Below are positions 8,436-18,575 of a stretch of DNA of 64,000 nucleotides, in pieces (positions within the stretch are counted from its first letter, which is position 1; each line of letters starts with the position of its first letter). The position numbers and the translations under genes were made by a program. The notes under the pieces are model-generated. The model saw nothing but the letters and a program-made list of their open reading frames with translations. It did not search any database and was not told where the DNA came from. The DNA is from Candidatus Hydrogenedentota bacterium (GTDB lineage: Bacteria; Hydrogenedentota; Hydrogenedentia; Hydrogenedentales; GCA-2746185). Location of the stretch: contig JAYGCN010000011.1 in NCBI GenBank assembly GCA_046583315.1, positions 1-64,000 of the forward strand, given 5' to 3'.

Positions 8436-9309
8436 TCTGCTCAGACACGAACTGTTCTCCCGGTGGGGTGCAGTCCTTGGCTGGGGCAGCGGCCTGTCCT
8501 TATTCGGCGTGCTGTATATCGCGATTTATCCTCAAATTGCCGATAAAATAGGGGTGTTGGCTGACATCTCTTTCTATCAGACGATGGGGGTGGACATGGG
8601 TTCATTCGAAGGGATCATCGCCTCATCCGTAATCCTTAACTTCGTCGTCATGTTGGGGGTCTTCGTCATCATCAGTAGCTCGGACACTCTCTCCGGCGAA
8701 GAAGACAGGGGAACACTGGAACTTGTTGTAACGATGCCCTTGAGGCGTTGGCATATCGTAACTACAAAGTCCATCGCTTTGGCAGTTGTTATTTTGGAAA
8801 TTTTGGTGTTGGCCGGAATTTGCAGCGTGATTGCCCTCATCTGGATGAAAAACTCTATAGCCGTGGACGTTACGTCTGCACAGCTCTTTATCGCCGTCCT
8901 CAGTTGCTTTCCGATAACGATGGCTATCCTAATGATTGGACTATTTTTTAGTGCCTCCATGCCGAATCGACGGATCGCATCCATGGCGACCACAGTTGTT
9001 TTTGTTGCCAGCTATCTCGGGGAAATGCTGGCGCGAAGCGTCGATTCGTTAGAAGTGATTAGACCCATTTTTCTGTTCCATTATTTTGATTCAAGTGCCA
9101 ATCTGTTTCTCAGAGGTGTTCAATTCAACGATGTGGCTATATTGGCTGGAATTGCATTGGTTTTTTTCGTCCTGACCCTCATTAGTTTTCAGCGCAGAGA
9201 CATTACGGTCGCCCAATGGCCCTGGCAGCGAGCAGTAGCGCGCCACGCCCGGGGACAGGTAATCACCGACGACGAGAGTGATAAATCGAATCATTCCGAC
9301 GCACATTGA
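8428..9309 (+). CDS. ABC-2 type transporter permease
   Basis: About 6 TM segments; GEEDRGTLELVVTMPLRR motif; start MLNLLRHE overlaps the ATPase stop. Confidence 0.88.
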   Translation: MLNLLRHELFSRWGAVLGWGSGLSLFGVLYIAIYPQIADKIGVLADISFYQTMGVDMGSFEGIIASSVILNFVVMLGVFVIISSSDTLSGEEDRGTLELVVTMPLRRWHIVTTKSIALAVVILEILVLAGICSVIALIWMKNSIAVDVTSAQLFIAVLSCFPITMAILMIGLFFSASMPNRRIASMATTVVFVASYLGEMLARSVDSLEVIRPIFLFHYFDSSANLFLRGVQFNDVAILAGIALVFFVLTLISFQRRDITVAQWPWQRAVARHARGQVITDDESDKSNHSDAH

Positions 9310-9397
9310 GATATAGCCGACGGCTCCACGGTTTTCTATACCTTCGCAATAAGATTCAAAGGCCGTATACAATGACAAATGGAATGGAGATTGAATC

Positions 9398-10567
9398 ATG
9401 CCTCGAATAGAAGAGATTATTCCGGATGTATTGGCTGCGGAAGCCGAGGCCGCCCGGGCTTGGTTCTCCCAGGAACGCGGCAGCGACTTCAAGTTGACCG
9501 GGATTGTCGATCCCGATGACATTGGTGAGCGAGGTTCAGCCGAGGCTGCTCGCGAGCTCCAACTGATTCTGTGCGGGAGTCCGGATGGGCAGGAGGTGTG
9601 TCTACGGGAACGCTTCGAGCTTAGCCCCTCGAGCGATGGTTTTGATGTCGTTCATCTTGAAGAAACACCCCCCAGCCTGGGCTCGCCGGCCCCGCTGCTC
9701 GATCCACCGAAGGGCGTTCGAAAGGGTTGGCTCGATACCGTAGCCGCCAATCATGCCTTCGTGGTTCTTGTCTTCTACCGTGGCTTTTGGTGACCTCCAT
9801 GCCGCCGCGAGCTGCGTGGCTATCAGCATGAAGGTATCGTCGATGCGATTCGTGAGGCAGGTGGCGAAATCTACGCCGTCACCAGTGAACCGCACTCACT
9901 GGCGCTCAACGCGCAGGAGCATTGGGAAACAGGCTTCGATCACGTCGGCGATCCGCACCAGGAAATCCTGGCCGAATGCAGCGACCGCGACTGGCTCTCG
10001 CTCTTTATTTGGCAACATGCCGCCGACTCACCCGCACAGAAGAGTAGATGGATCTCGCATCCCAAAGGATACTTCCAGCCGGGAGTACTCGCATTCAGCC
10101 GCGAAGGACGTGTGTTGTACCGGTGGCGAAGTCGTCCGAGCCGTCAGAACACCGGCGGCGCCACAGGCAGGCCGACCGCTACGCACGTGTGGGAGAGTGT
10201 GCGGGCCGAACTGGGGAAACCGTCCGACGCGCCTGATGCGTCATTGGACGACGCAGCAAATCTTGACGGCCGGAGCAGGCCCTGGATCCTCTTCCTCACC
10301 ATGCTACTGGGCAACGGCTGGTTCTTGAAACCCGCCTTCTTCGATCAGAGGACAGGCAACAATCCCAAAGACAACGTGAATAGACGTATACGTATCGCGC
10401 TAGTGCGTGCAGTAATCTTCGTCGCTGGATGGATCGCCGCCTTCGCGTTACTGCCTTTCTGGATACCGACAGTCTCCCTCGTCGCCTGGAGCGTTATGAT
10501 CGCACCCAAGATCCTGGCGGTGAACAAGGCCTTTCAGAACGTCGCGCCGGGCGAAGAACCTTCCTGA
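9398..10567 (+). CDS. Selenocysteine-containing peroxiredoxin-like (AhpC/TSA-fold) membrane protein, 389 aa
   Basis: VVLVFYRGFW-TGA(9791-9793)-PPC; the frame stays open to 10567, joining ORFs 9398..9793 and 10112..10567; later YFQPGVLAFSREGRVLYRW; hydrophobic C-terminus. Confidence 0.85.
9794..9820 (+). promoter_or_regulatory. Candidate bacterial SECIS hairpin
   Basis: Just 3' of the UGA: GCCG-C-CGC-GAGCT-GCG-TGGC stem-loop with a G at the start of the loop. Confidence 0.5.
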
Positions 10568-10644
10568 GTCAAGCGTCTTAACGGTGAGCCGCAGGAGAGA
10601 CCGACAAATTGTTACCACAGACCAAAATGACTAAGAGGAGATGC

Positions 10645-10749
10645 ATGATGCGCCACTCTCGAATCGCTTTGCTGACAGCACTCATCGTTTTAATCAGTAG
10701 TGGAGTCGAAGCTCAGCAAGCTCGCGTAGGGTCAAAAATATCAGCCTAA
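10645..10749 (+). pseudogene. Truncated gene for a secreted protein (signal peptide only)
   Basis: RBS GAGGAG then MMRHSRIALLTALIVLISSGVEAQQAR, cut at the family B terminus at 10723. Confidence 0.5.
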
Positions 10750-10751
10750 CG
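10723..10751 (-). mobile_element. Terminus of an IS-like element (family B), inverted
   Basis: CGCGTAGGGTCAAAAATATCAGCCTAACG is the reverse complement of 3346-3374 at 27/29 positions. Confidence 0.6.
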
Positions 10752-10912
10752 TTGAAAACGCACCGAACCCTGCACGTAAATTCACTATAGAGACGCATTC
10801 GGCTATGTTACTGACAAATCCATATTTCGGCAATTATTCGAAAATAGCCTGTCAGAATTGAAAAAAAGTCGACCGCCATTCATATAACAACCTCAAACTG
10901 ATTATTGGTACA

Positions 10913-11890
10913 ATGTGTTTCCGAATGGATTCCGTTGCGGAGGCGAAAAGTGTGAAACCAGACTCTTCAAAAAAGAGCAAAATTCCCCGACGTTCGTTCC
11001 TGGCGGCCTCGTCGATCACGGCGATAGGTTTAGCGACCGGATTCAAACCGATTACCGCAGAATCAAAATTTGCACTACGATACAATCTCGCATCATGTCT
11101 ATACGGCGAATTGTCGCTGGACGTGATTCTGCCGGAAGTGACGAAAATCGGCGCCACGGAAATTGACTTGTGGCCGCGAGTACACGGAAATCAACGAGAA
11201 CAGATTGATGAAATGGGTCACCACGTCTTTGCCGAAAAACTTCGCAAGCATGGCTCTCGCATGGGAATGATCACCCGATACGATTTGGGCCCATACGGTT
11301 TACAAGATGAAATGAAAATTGTCAAAGCGCTCGGTGGGGACTTGATGGTGACGGGTTCCGGGAATGTTGAGGGAGCCACGTTGAAAGAGCGTGTGCGGAA
11401 ATTTGTAGAGTCCATGAAGCCGCATGTTGCGGTCGCCGAAGATCTAGGCGTGACAATCGCTATCGAAAATCACAACAATCAACTCATCGAGAGCCCCGAT
11501 TCGCTGAAGTACCTCGCTGAAATGTCGAATTCCGAACGTCTAGGAATCGCGTTCGCCCCATACCATCTACCTCAGGACTCTGCGTTACTCGCGAACTTAA
11601 TCCGTGATTTAGGGCCGGGGATGAAACACTTCTACGCCTGGGAACACGGGATGGGATGTCATGTGAAAATACCAAAGGTTCAGGAAATGAAGCAATTGCC
11701 CGGATATGGGCCGCTGGACTTCCGGCCGATCGTGAAGGCACTGAAAGATACGAACTATTCCGGGCGAACTTCAATTTTTATGCATCCAGTACCACGTGGG
11801 ATTCCGATTTTACCCACAGCGGCAGAAGTGACCCGCGCGCTGAACCGATCACGTGAATATTTGGACAAACTTGTAAAAGGAATCGCATAA
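10913..11890 (+). CDS. Tat-exported sugar phosphate isomerase/epimerase (xylose-isomerase-like TIM barrel)
   Basis: RRSFLAASS signal; IAIENH; PGYGPLDFRPIVKALKDTNYSG. Confidence 0.85.
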   Translation: MCFRMDSVAEAKSVKPDSSKKSKIPRRSFLAASSITAIGLATGFKPITAESKFALRYNLASCLYGELSLDVILPEVTKIGATEIDLWPRVHGNQREQIDEMGHHVFAEKLRKHGSRMGMITRYDLGPYGLQDEMKIVKALGGDLMVTGSGNVEGATLKERVRKFVESMKPHVAVAEDLGVTIAIENHNNQLIESPDSLKYLAEMSNSERLGIAFAPYHLPQDSALLANLIRDLGPGMKHFYAWEHGMGCHVKIPKVQEMKQLPGYGPLDFRPIVKALKDTNYSGRTSIFMHPVPRGIPILPTAAEVTRALNRSREYLDKLVKGIA

Positions 11891-11892
11891 TC

Positions 11893-12450
11893 ATGGAAAA
11901 GGTGCTGATAATCATCGGGGACGCGTCGGAAACACTGGACACAATGTATCCGTATTACAGATTGCAGGAGGCAGGTTTCCAGCCGGTCGTGGCGGCGCCA
12001 GAGAAACGTCTATATCAAATGGTCATGCACGAGGTGAAGCCCGGATGGACGATTACCAAAGAATGGGAAGGTTACACGCTTGAAGCCGACATCGCTTTTG
12101 AGGATGTCGCTCCGGAAGAATATGCAGGAATTATGTATTCCGGTGGGCGTGCGCCGGAGTATATTCGAGACCATCCAGATCTGATAGCAATGACGAAGCA
12201 TTTTTTCGAAACCAACAAGCCGATCGCGAGCGTCTGTCATGGCGTTGAGATTCCTGCGCGGGCAGATTGCGTGCGTGGTCGGCGAATGGCGACTGTCGCG
12301 AAATGTCAATTCGACCTCGAGGTCTGCGGTGGGATTTACGTAAATGAGCCCTGTGTGATCGATGAGAATCTAGTGAGTGGAAGAACCTTCCACGATAACG
12401 GACATTACGTCGGGCCATGGATTAATCTGCTCGAAAAAGCGCGGAATTAG
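11893..12450 (+). CDS. DJ-1/PfpI family protein
   Basis: GGRAPEYIR, ASVCHG nucleophile elbow, DENLVSGR. Confidence 0.92.
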   Translation: MEKVLIIIGDASETLDTMYPYYRLQEAGFQPVVAAPEKRLYQMVMHEVKPGWTITKEWEGYTLEADIAFEDVAPEEYAGIMYSGGRAPEYIRDHPDLIAMTKHFFETNKPIASVCHGVEIPARADCVRGRRMATVAKCQFDLEVCGGIYVNEPCVIDENLVSGRTFHDNGHYVGPWINLLEKARN

Positions 12451-12459
12451 CGCTGCACT

Positions 12460-14694
12460 ATGATAGGTTTCCGCCAACTTCTGATTGCTAGCATTGCGAC
12501 TGTCAGTACGCTAACCACTCACGCGCAAAACCCGCCTATCATCCCTGGTGCCGAACGCTTGGCCGAGAAAGCTGATGGCAAGCCCAGTGTCGCAGCAGGT
12601 CGAGTTCTGTATCGAGAACTAGGGTGCATGAACTGCCATGACCAGGTAAGCGGACGACATTACACCAAGAATGGCCCAGACCTCACGACCGTAACCGAGC
12701 GAATCTCGCCGGGCTACCTGCGCGATTGGTTATCAGACCCGCACCAGACTAAACCCGGCACGACGATGCCAGATCTCTTTGCAGCATTAAGTAAAGCAGA
12801 CCGCGACGAAACCGTGGAACAAATACTCCATTACTTCATGTCTCGAGGCGAGACATTTCGGCCGGACGGCAATGAAAATTTCGAACGCGAAGCCCGAATG
12901 CGCGGCGAAAAATTATTTCATTCCGTCGGTTGCGTGGCGTGCCATGCGCCTCGCCGTGAACCCACCGTGCGGGTCGGGAGCGACGATGATTTCAGTGATC
13001 GGGCAGTAACGTATCCCGATGTAAAATTGCCGAGTGTGCCGCTTCCCGACCAGCGTAGGAAAACAAATTATACTTCGCTATCAGCATTTCTGCTCGACCC
13101 GCATAACATTCGACCTTCCGGCAGAATGCCGAATATGAAATTGAGTCCTGGTGAAGCGAAGGATATTGCGGCATATCTTCTGACGGATTCATCGGCACCC
13201 CTCGTAGAAAAGTTGCCTTTCCAGATAGATGCAGTAAAAGCAAGAACAGGAGAGAGGCTATTCGACCTAATTGGATGCGCACGATGCCATACCATTCAGA
13301 GCGATGAAGCCAAAGTCTACTCCTATACGTTGTATCCAAAAAACGACCTGAGTGCCGGATGCTTATCCATCGGGCCCATACCAAGAACAGCATGGTACAA
13401 CCTATCAGAACGCCAACGAGAATCAATTAGAATGTTTCTAACAGAACCCGGCGCGCGTGACGAAAAAGACGAGATCGAATCCCGCCTCGCTTCGCTCAAT
13501 TGCTACGCGTGTCACGAACGCGATGGCGTCGGCGGAATCGAGTCTGGACGCAATCCATATTTCTCCGCTACTATCGAAGCCGATCTCGGGGACGAAGGAC
13601 GAATCCCTCCCACATTGACCGGCATTGGCGCGAAATTGACCGAAAACGGATTGTCGAGTGTGCTGCTGAGTGACGGAACCGTGCGACCATACATGGCGAC
13701 GCGGATGCCGCAATTTGGCGAGGAGAATGTCGCGCATTTAGTGGATGCGTTTTCGAAAGCGGACAAAAATCCGGATGCGCTACCAATCGATGTATCGGGA
13801 TTGGAACATCATCATCGGAATATGTATGGGCGACAGTTGATGGGAACAGAGGGTTTTGGGTGTGTAAGCTGTCACAATTTGTATGGTGCAAAGTCGCTGG
13901 GAATTCCGGCGATCGACCTAGCGACCGTGCCGGAACGAATTCAACCGTCGTGGTTTAAGGAGTATTTACTGGATCCTGCGGAGTTGCGCCCTGGTACGCG
14001 AATGCCGACGTTCTTTGAGGACGGTAAGAGTACGTTTAGAAAGGTTTTCGGAGGCGACGCGAATAAGCAGATTGAAGCGCTCTGGATTTACCTCCGCGAA
14101 ATCGACCAAACTCGGTTACCGATCGGGATGGAAGACAACGGAAACTACGAACTCGTACCTACGGATAAGCCTATCATCCTTCGCACGTTCATGAAAGACG
14201 TGGGTACACATGCAATCGCGGTGGGATATCCAGAGGGTGTGCATATAGCGTTTGATGCATTGAATTGTCGACTGGCGATGGCCTGGCGCGGGCGATTTAT
14301 CGATGCAGAGTCGACCTGGTCGGATCGCTTCTCGCCAGAAGCTGAACCGTTGAGTGAGGAGCGTTTTCTTGTGTCGAAGGGTATGCCCATCGGAGTGACT
14401 CCAAAAGCATCCGGCGTATTGGGTAGGGAGGCGGGATATCATTTTCTTGGATATCGATTGAACGATGAAGGGTTGCCTACATTCGTATACTCCATCGCGT
14501 TAGAAGATGAATTGATATCTGTTGAGGAGCTGGTGCGAGTTCGGAAAAATGGTCAGATTGTGCGGCGTTTTACGATAGCGGGTGATCGCAAAACAGTACT
14601 ATACGTGCGGTCCGGTGCAGCAAATGCTATTCCATTTGTGGTGCAGCCTTCGAGTCGAAGTATGACAGTAGAACTGAATTGGAATTTGGATTGA
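12460..14694 (+). CDS. Secreted pentaheme cytochrome c
   Basis: Signal peptide; CMNCH, CVACH, CARCH, CYACH, CVSCH; repeated P..MP distal-Met motifs. Confidence 0.88.
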   Translation: MIGFRQLLIASIATVSTLTTHAQNPPIIPGAERLAEKADGKPSVAAGRVLYRELGCMNCHDQVSGRHYTKNGPDLTTVTERISPGYLRDWLSDPHQTKPGTTMPDLFAALSKADRDETVEQILHYFMSRGETFRPDGNENFEREARMRGEKLFHSVGCVACHAPRREPTVRVGSDDDFSDRAVTYPDVKLPSVPLPDQRRKTNYTSLSAFLLDPHNIRPSGRMPNMKLSPGEAKDIAAYLLTDSSAPLVEKLPFQIDAVKARTGERLFDLIGCARCHTIQSDEAKVYSYTLYPKNDLSAGCLSIGPIPRTAWYNLSERQRESIRMFLTEPGARDEKDEIESRLASLNCYACHERDGVGGIESGRNPYFSATIEADLGDEGRIPPTLTGIGAKLTENGLSSVLLSDGTVRPYMATRMPQFGEENVAHLVDAFSKADKNPDALPIDVSGLEHHHRNMYGRQLMGTEGFGCVSCHNLYGAKSLGIPAIDLATVPERIQPSWFKEYLLDPAELRPGTRMPTFFEDGKSTFRKVFGGDANKQIEALWIYLREIDQTRLPIGMEDNGNYELVPTDKPIILRTFMKDVGTHAIAVGYPEGVHIAFDALNCRLAMAWRGRFIDAESTWSDRFSPEAEPLSEERFLVSKGMPIGVTPKASGVLGREAGYHFLGYRLNDEGLPTFVYSIALEDELISVEELVRVRKNGQIVRRFTIAGDRKTVLYVRSGAANAIPFVVQPSSRSMTVELNWNLD

Positions 14695-16154
14695 TGAAAA
14701 TATTATTAAGCATATTAATGTACACGCTGGTAGTGCCGGCATATGGTGACGAAGAAAACGACTACTACCGTATCGTGACGCTGCCTACTCCGAAGGGTGT
14801 GCCCTTCGAAGTAGGCGGACTGGACGTGTTGCCGGATGGGCGTGTGGCAGTAGCGATTCGGAAGGGGGAGGTTTGGTTGGTAGATGGGGTGTATGACGAA
14901 CCGCCTATTGATATTTCATTCAAACAGATTGCGAGTGCATTGCATGAACCGCTGGGAGTTCTAGTGGACGGTGCGGATCTGCTGACGGTGCAGCGCAGTG
15001 AATTGACGCGTCTCAGGGATACCAACGGTGATGACATTATTGATGAATATTTGACCGTTGCGAACAATTGGGGCATAACGGGGAATTATCATGAGTACGC
15101 ATTCGGACCGAAACGAGATGGGGCCGGGCGACTGTGGTTGACGTTGAATCAAACAATCGGAGTGAAACTTACGGCAACGGACGACTGGCGCGGGTGGGGG
15201 ATGATGCTCGACGAGGGCGGGAAGTTGATTCCAATTTGCGGAGGAATGCGATCGCCATGTGGACTCGGAGCAAATAACCTTGGGGATATGTTCTTCACTG
15301 ACCAACAGGGGAATTGGGTGCCGACGGGGTCGTTGCACCACATGCGACCAGGTGCTTTTTTCGGACATGTGGATTCGCTAAAACATGCGCGACAACCCGA
15401 ATCTCCTTTGGAACATCCGGGTCAGATTCTCTCGAAGGTCCCCCTTGCGGAAGCCTTAGAAAACATTCCCGCGTTCAAGCCGCCCGCAATCTGGTTTCCG
15501 TATCGGAAAATGGGAATGAGCGCGACAGATATCGCTAATGATGCTACCGGCGGGAAATTCGGCCCATTCGAGGGGCAGATGTTTGTCGGGGATTTTACGA
15601 TGGCCCGAATCAATCGCGTTTTTCTGGAAAAGGTCGGAGGCAAGTATCAGGGCGCATGTTTCCCATTCAGAAAAGGGTTTCAGTCAGCAGTTGTTCGAAT
15701 GGCATGGGGTGCGGACGGTTCGATGATTGTTGGAGAGACGAATCGAGGGTGGAATTCGACAGGTAGCACTTCCTACGGTCTGGAACGTTTGGTGTGGACG
15801 GGCGAAACGCCGTTTGAGATCCTAAGCATGTCTGCCGAACCAGACGGATTCACACTCCGGTTCACCAAATCGATAGATTTGAAAAGCGCCGCGGCTCCAA
15901 GCTCATACACGATGTCGAGTTATACCTACACCTACCATCAAGATTACGGAAGCCCGGAAATCGACTCGAGAGAGTTGAACATAACACAGGCAACCGTGAG
16001 TGCCGACCGCAAAAGCGTGCGACTAACAGTAGATGGCCTGCGGGAAATCTACGTTCACGAGTTGAATGCTGTGGGCGTAATGTCCGTCGATGGTGAATCA
16101 CTTTTGCACAACGACGCGTATTACACACTCAATCAAATTCCCAATGTCAATTGA
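14694..16154 (+). CDS. Secreted beta-propeller protein (glucose/sorbosone-dehydrogenase-like, PVC type)
   Basis: Signal peptide; NYHEYAFGP, GMRSPCG, TDQQGNW, YQGACFPF; TGATG start overlap. Confidence 0.75.
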   Translation: MKILLSILMYTLVVPAYGDEENDYYRIVTLPTPKGVPFEVGGLDVLPDGRVAVAIRKGEVWLVDGVYDEPPIDISFKQIASALHEPLGVLVDGADLLTVQRSELTRLRDTNGDDIIDEYLTVANNWGITGNYHEYAFGPKRDGAGRLWLTLNQTIGVKLTATDDWRGWGMMLDEGGKLIPICGGMRSPCGLGANNLGDMFFTDQQGNWVPTGSLHHMRPGAFFGHVDSLKHARQPESPLEHPGQILSKVPLAEALENIPAFKPPAIWFPYRKMGMSATDIANDATGGKFGPFEGQMFVGDFTMARINRVFLEKVGGKYQGACFPFRKGFQSAVVRMAWGADGSMIVGETNRGWNSTGSTSYGLERLVWTGETPFEILSMSAEPDGFTLRFTKSIDLKSAAAPSSYTMSSYTYTYHQDYGSPEIDSRELNITQATVSADRKSVRLTVDGLREIYVHELNAVGVMSVDGESLLHNDAYYTLNQIPNVN

Positions 16155-16175
16155 TCGTAAAATTCCTTGGTTGAA

Positions 16176-16204
16176 ATGGCGGAGAGAGGGGGATTCGAAC
16201 CCCC
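16176..16204 (-). repeat. 29-bp duplicate of the tRNA-Ser 3' end (att site)
   Basis: ATGGCGGAGAGAGGGGGATTCGAACCCCC is identical to 18774-18802. Confidence 0.93.
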
Positions 16205-16511
16205 ACGCACGATTTTTGTGCAACGGGGTTAAGTGATTGGGTTTCATTGGCTTAGCCTATGCGATCCCCCAGTGACTCCATTTCCGTGCAGCGGATATGC
16301 AACTTATTGATGATTCGATGACTTTTTGATAGATTTTGGCACCAAAGAAACATACAGGGCGAATCAGAATAGACAATGATAACATTGCCGATGAATAAAT
16401 GCGATGCACAACACCCCCACCAAGTAGCCCGGTGTACACTCAGCCGGATGCTGCACTGGAAATATCGAACTCGCGAAGGATTTCCCCTCTTCGCGACAAG
16501 AAACCTCATAG

Positions 16512-17099
16512 ATGCGAGGAATGGAATTGACCCAAGCTCACGATAAAAGGAACGAAGCCGGACTCACTGACGCTGCGCGTATCGGAAGCGAGGCGGCTTG
16601 GCGTGACCTTTATCACAGGTACTTTGATCGACTCTACGGCTTCGTATTTCTGCGGGCGGGACGTCACGTGCAACGAACGGAGGAAGTCGTGCAGGAGAGT
16701 TGGATGACAGCGGTTCGCAAGATACGTCAATTCGATCCGAACAGAGGATCATTTGAAGCCTGGCTCTTCGGGATCGCACAAAATACACTCCTGAATCATC
16801 GCCGAAAATGGCGACGGAGCAATACCGAGGAGATTGCATACGACCACTCAGCCACCGATCAGGCACGGGGCACGGAGATCGTGCAGACGAGAGAATTGGT
16901 CGGGCTGACACTATCGGGCATCCCCATGGATTATGCGGACATCCTACGGGCGAAATATACTGAAGGCTATTCCGTAGCCGAAATCTCGGCGACGTGGAAA
17001 CGATCGGAGAAAGCCGTCGAATCGCTGCTCACTCGGGCGAGAAACGCTTTCAAAGAGGAATATAGGAGATTGGAGGACGATGACTATGCATCACAATGA
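16512..17099 (+). CDS. ECF sigma-70 factor
   Basis: EEVVQESW..FEAWLFGIAQN (region 2); GYSVAEIS..SEKAVESLLTRAR (region 4). Confidence 0.92.
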   Translation: MRGMELTQAHDKRNEAGLTDAARIGSEAAWRDLYHRYFDRLYGFVFLRAGRHVQRTEEVVQESWMTAVRKIRQFDPNRGSFEAWLFGIAQNTLLNHRRKWRRSNTEEIAYDHSATDQARGTEIVQTRELVGLTLSGIPMDYADILRAKYTEGYSVAEISATWKRSEKAVESLLTRARNAFKEEYRRLEDDDYASQ

Positions 17100-17649
17100 C
17101 GACCCGTTATTCGAATTGATCGAAGACGATATAGATCCACCGAGGCCCTCAGCTAGTTTCCGCGATGCCATGATTGGGCAAACGACCGGACTGCTCCGCC
17201 GACGTAGACGAATTCGAGGAGCCGCCATTGCATTTTCCGTGGTATTCATTTACGGCGCAGGCGTCGAAACGGCACTACTTATGCAGACATCCGAAGACGA
17301 CACTGCACTCACAACTCACATGAGTGAGTCCATTATACCGCCCACATCATCGTCTACTGCGCAACCCAAAGGTGTACCCGTAGCCGAAGAGGTGCTCCAT
17401 AACTGGGAAGCCCTGTCGATACGAGTCGAGGAGGCATCCCCCGCTGAAAAAGTCCGACTACTGCAGGCAGCCGGTGATTGGCACATGGAGGAGTCAGACG
17501 ATATCGAATCGGCTGCGTCCTGTTATGGCGCTATGTTTGCCGCCATGGAAACGGAAACAATGTTGGTCCTTAATGAAAAGGACAACTGGTTACTTGCGTC
17601 ATTAAAATTGGCACGACTAAAGGAGAAGAGTCATGATCAAAAAATTTAG
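17080..17649 (+). CDS. Putative single-TM anti-sigma factor
   Basis: Overlaps the sigma gene; RRRRR followed by one TM segment. Confidence 0.6.
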   Translation: MTMHHNDDPLFELIEDDIDPPRPSASFRDAMIGQTTGLLRRRRRIRGAAIAFSVVFIYGAGVETALLMQTSEDDTALTTHMSESIIPPTSSSTAQPKGVPVAEEVLHNWEALSIRVEEASPAEKVRLLQAAGDWHMEESDDIESAASCYGAMFAAMETETMLVLNEKDNWLLASLKLARLKEKSHDQKI

Positions 17650-18472
17650 TTGCATATGCATCGTTCTCATCATGGGATCCACCGCCTGGGGACAACCTGA
17701 TCAAGAGCAACCACCTGCTCATGAACTGGCCGACACGATGCTCCTGGCGCAACTTAGTGAGTCCTCGAATACGCCCGAATCTGCTGTTCAATCCGCGTTA
17801 CAGCATAGCCCGGAAATTCGAAAAGCGGAACTCGCCGTCGAGTTGGCCCAAGCGGATCTCCGCCTCGTACGCGCCCGAATCACCCGGGACGTTATCGCCC
17901 TTCATGCGAAGGTAACTAGCCTGCGCAAACAAAAGAAACACGTCCAGCTACTGGCTAAAAATGGCGTGGCGGAGCCCTTCGACGTGGAACAGGTACTCAT
18001 GTCCCTCGCCGAAATGGAAGGCGAACTCAAGTATCTCACCGGTTCGCGCGACTCCGTCGACAGAAAGAGCGTACTCGACAATCTGCTCGTCGGTGTCGTC
18101 GCAGAAAAGCCCGTCGCCGTCAAGCGGCCCGCTATTGCCAAGGAAACCCATATCTGGGAAATCCTTCAACAACCCTGTAGTCTTATCTTCGACAACATTC
18201 GATGGCCGGACTTGATGAAGATTGTAAGCGAAAACTACGATCTAAATATCAATGTAGACGCCACTTTGACGGAAGTCGTCGTACCCGGTATCAATATCAA
18301 GGGTGAGAGCATGTACAATTCCTTTCTCGCCCTCACAGATCTCTTCCTCACCAAACAAAACGAAGAGATCTGTTTCGTCATTCGAGACTACGGAATCTTC
18401 CTCACGACACGCGACCACGCCGCCAGAATCCCCGGACCCAGCATTCCGACCAACATACCCTTCTACGAATAG
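17633..18472 (+). CDS. Secreted hypothetical protein (coiled region plus STN-like domain)
   Basis: Signal peptide; ALQHSPEIRKAE helix; SLIFDNIRWPDLMKIVSENYDLNINVD. Confidence 0.6.
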   Translation: MIKKFSCICIVLIMGSTAWGQPDQEQPPAHELADTMLLAQLSESSNTPESAVQSALQHSPEIRKAELAVELAQADLRLVRARITRDVIALHAKVTSLRKQKKHVQLLAKNGVAEPFDVEQVLMSLAEMEGELKYLTGSRDSVDRKSVLDNLLVGVVAEKPVAVKRPAIAKETHIWEILQQPCSLIFDNIRWPDLMKIVSENYDLNINVDATLTEVVVPGINIKGESMYNSFLALTDLFLTKQNEEICFVIRDYGIFLTTRDHAARIPGPSIPTNIPFYE

Positions 18473-18513
18473 GTCGACAAATAGGTCGGCGGGAATCGCA
18501 AAAACCGGCAACT

Positions 18514-18575
18514 GTGTAGTGGTCCACCGACTTTCGGCCTTTCATCGCGAACCCGAAAGTCCTGGACTACTACAC
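18514..18575. repeat. Long interrupted hairpin (REP-like or structured RNA)
   Basis: GTGTAGTGGTCCA-CC-GACTTTCGG..CCGAAAGTC-C-TGGACTACTACAC. Confidence 0.55.

Noticed and set aside
3346..10751. Integron attC sites (GTTAGGC at 3347, GCCTAAC at 10744)
   Set aside because: The cores are 7 kb apart, with no attC hairpin and no intI; better explained as part of IS-like termini
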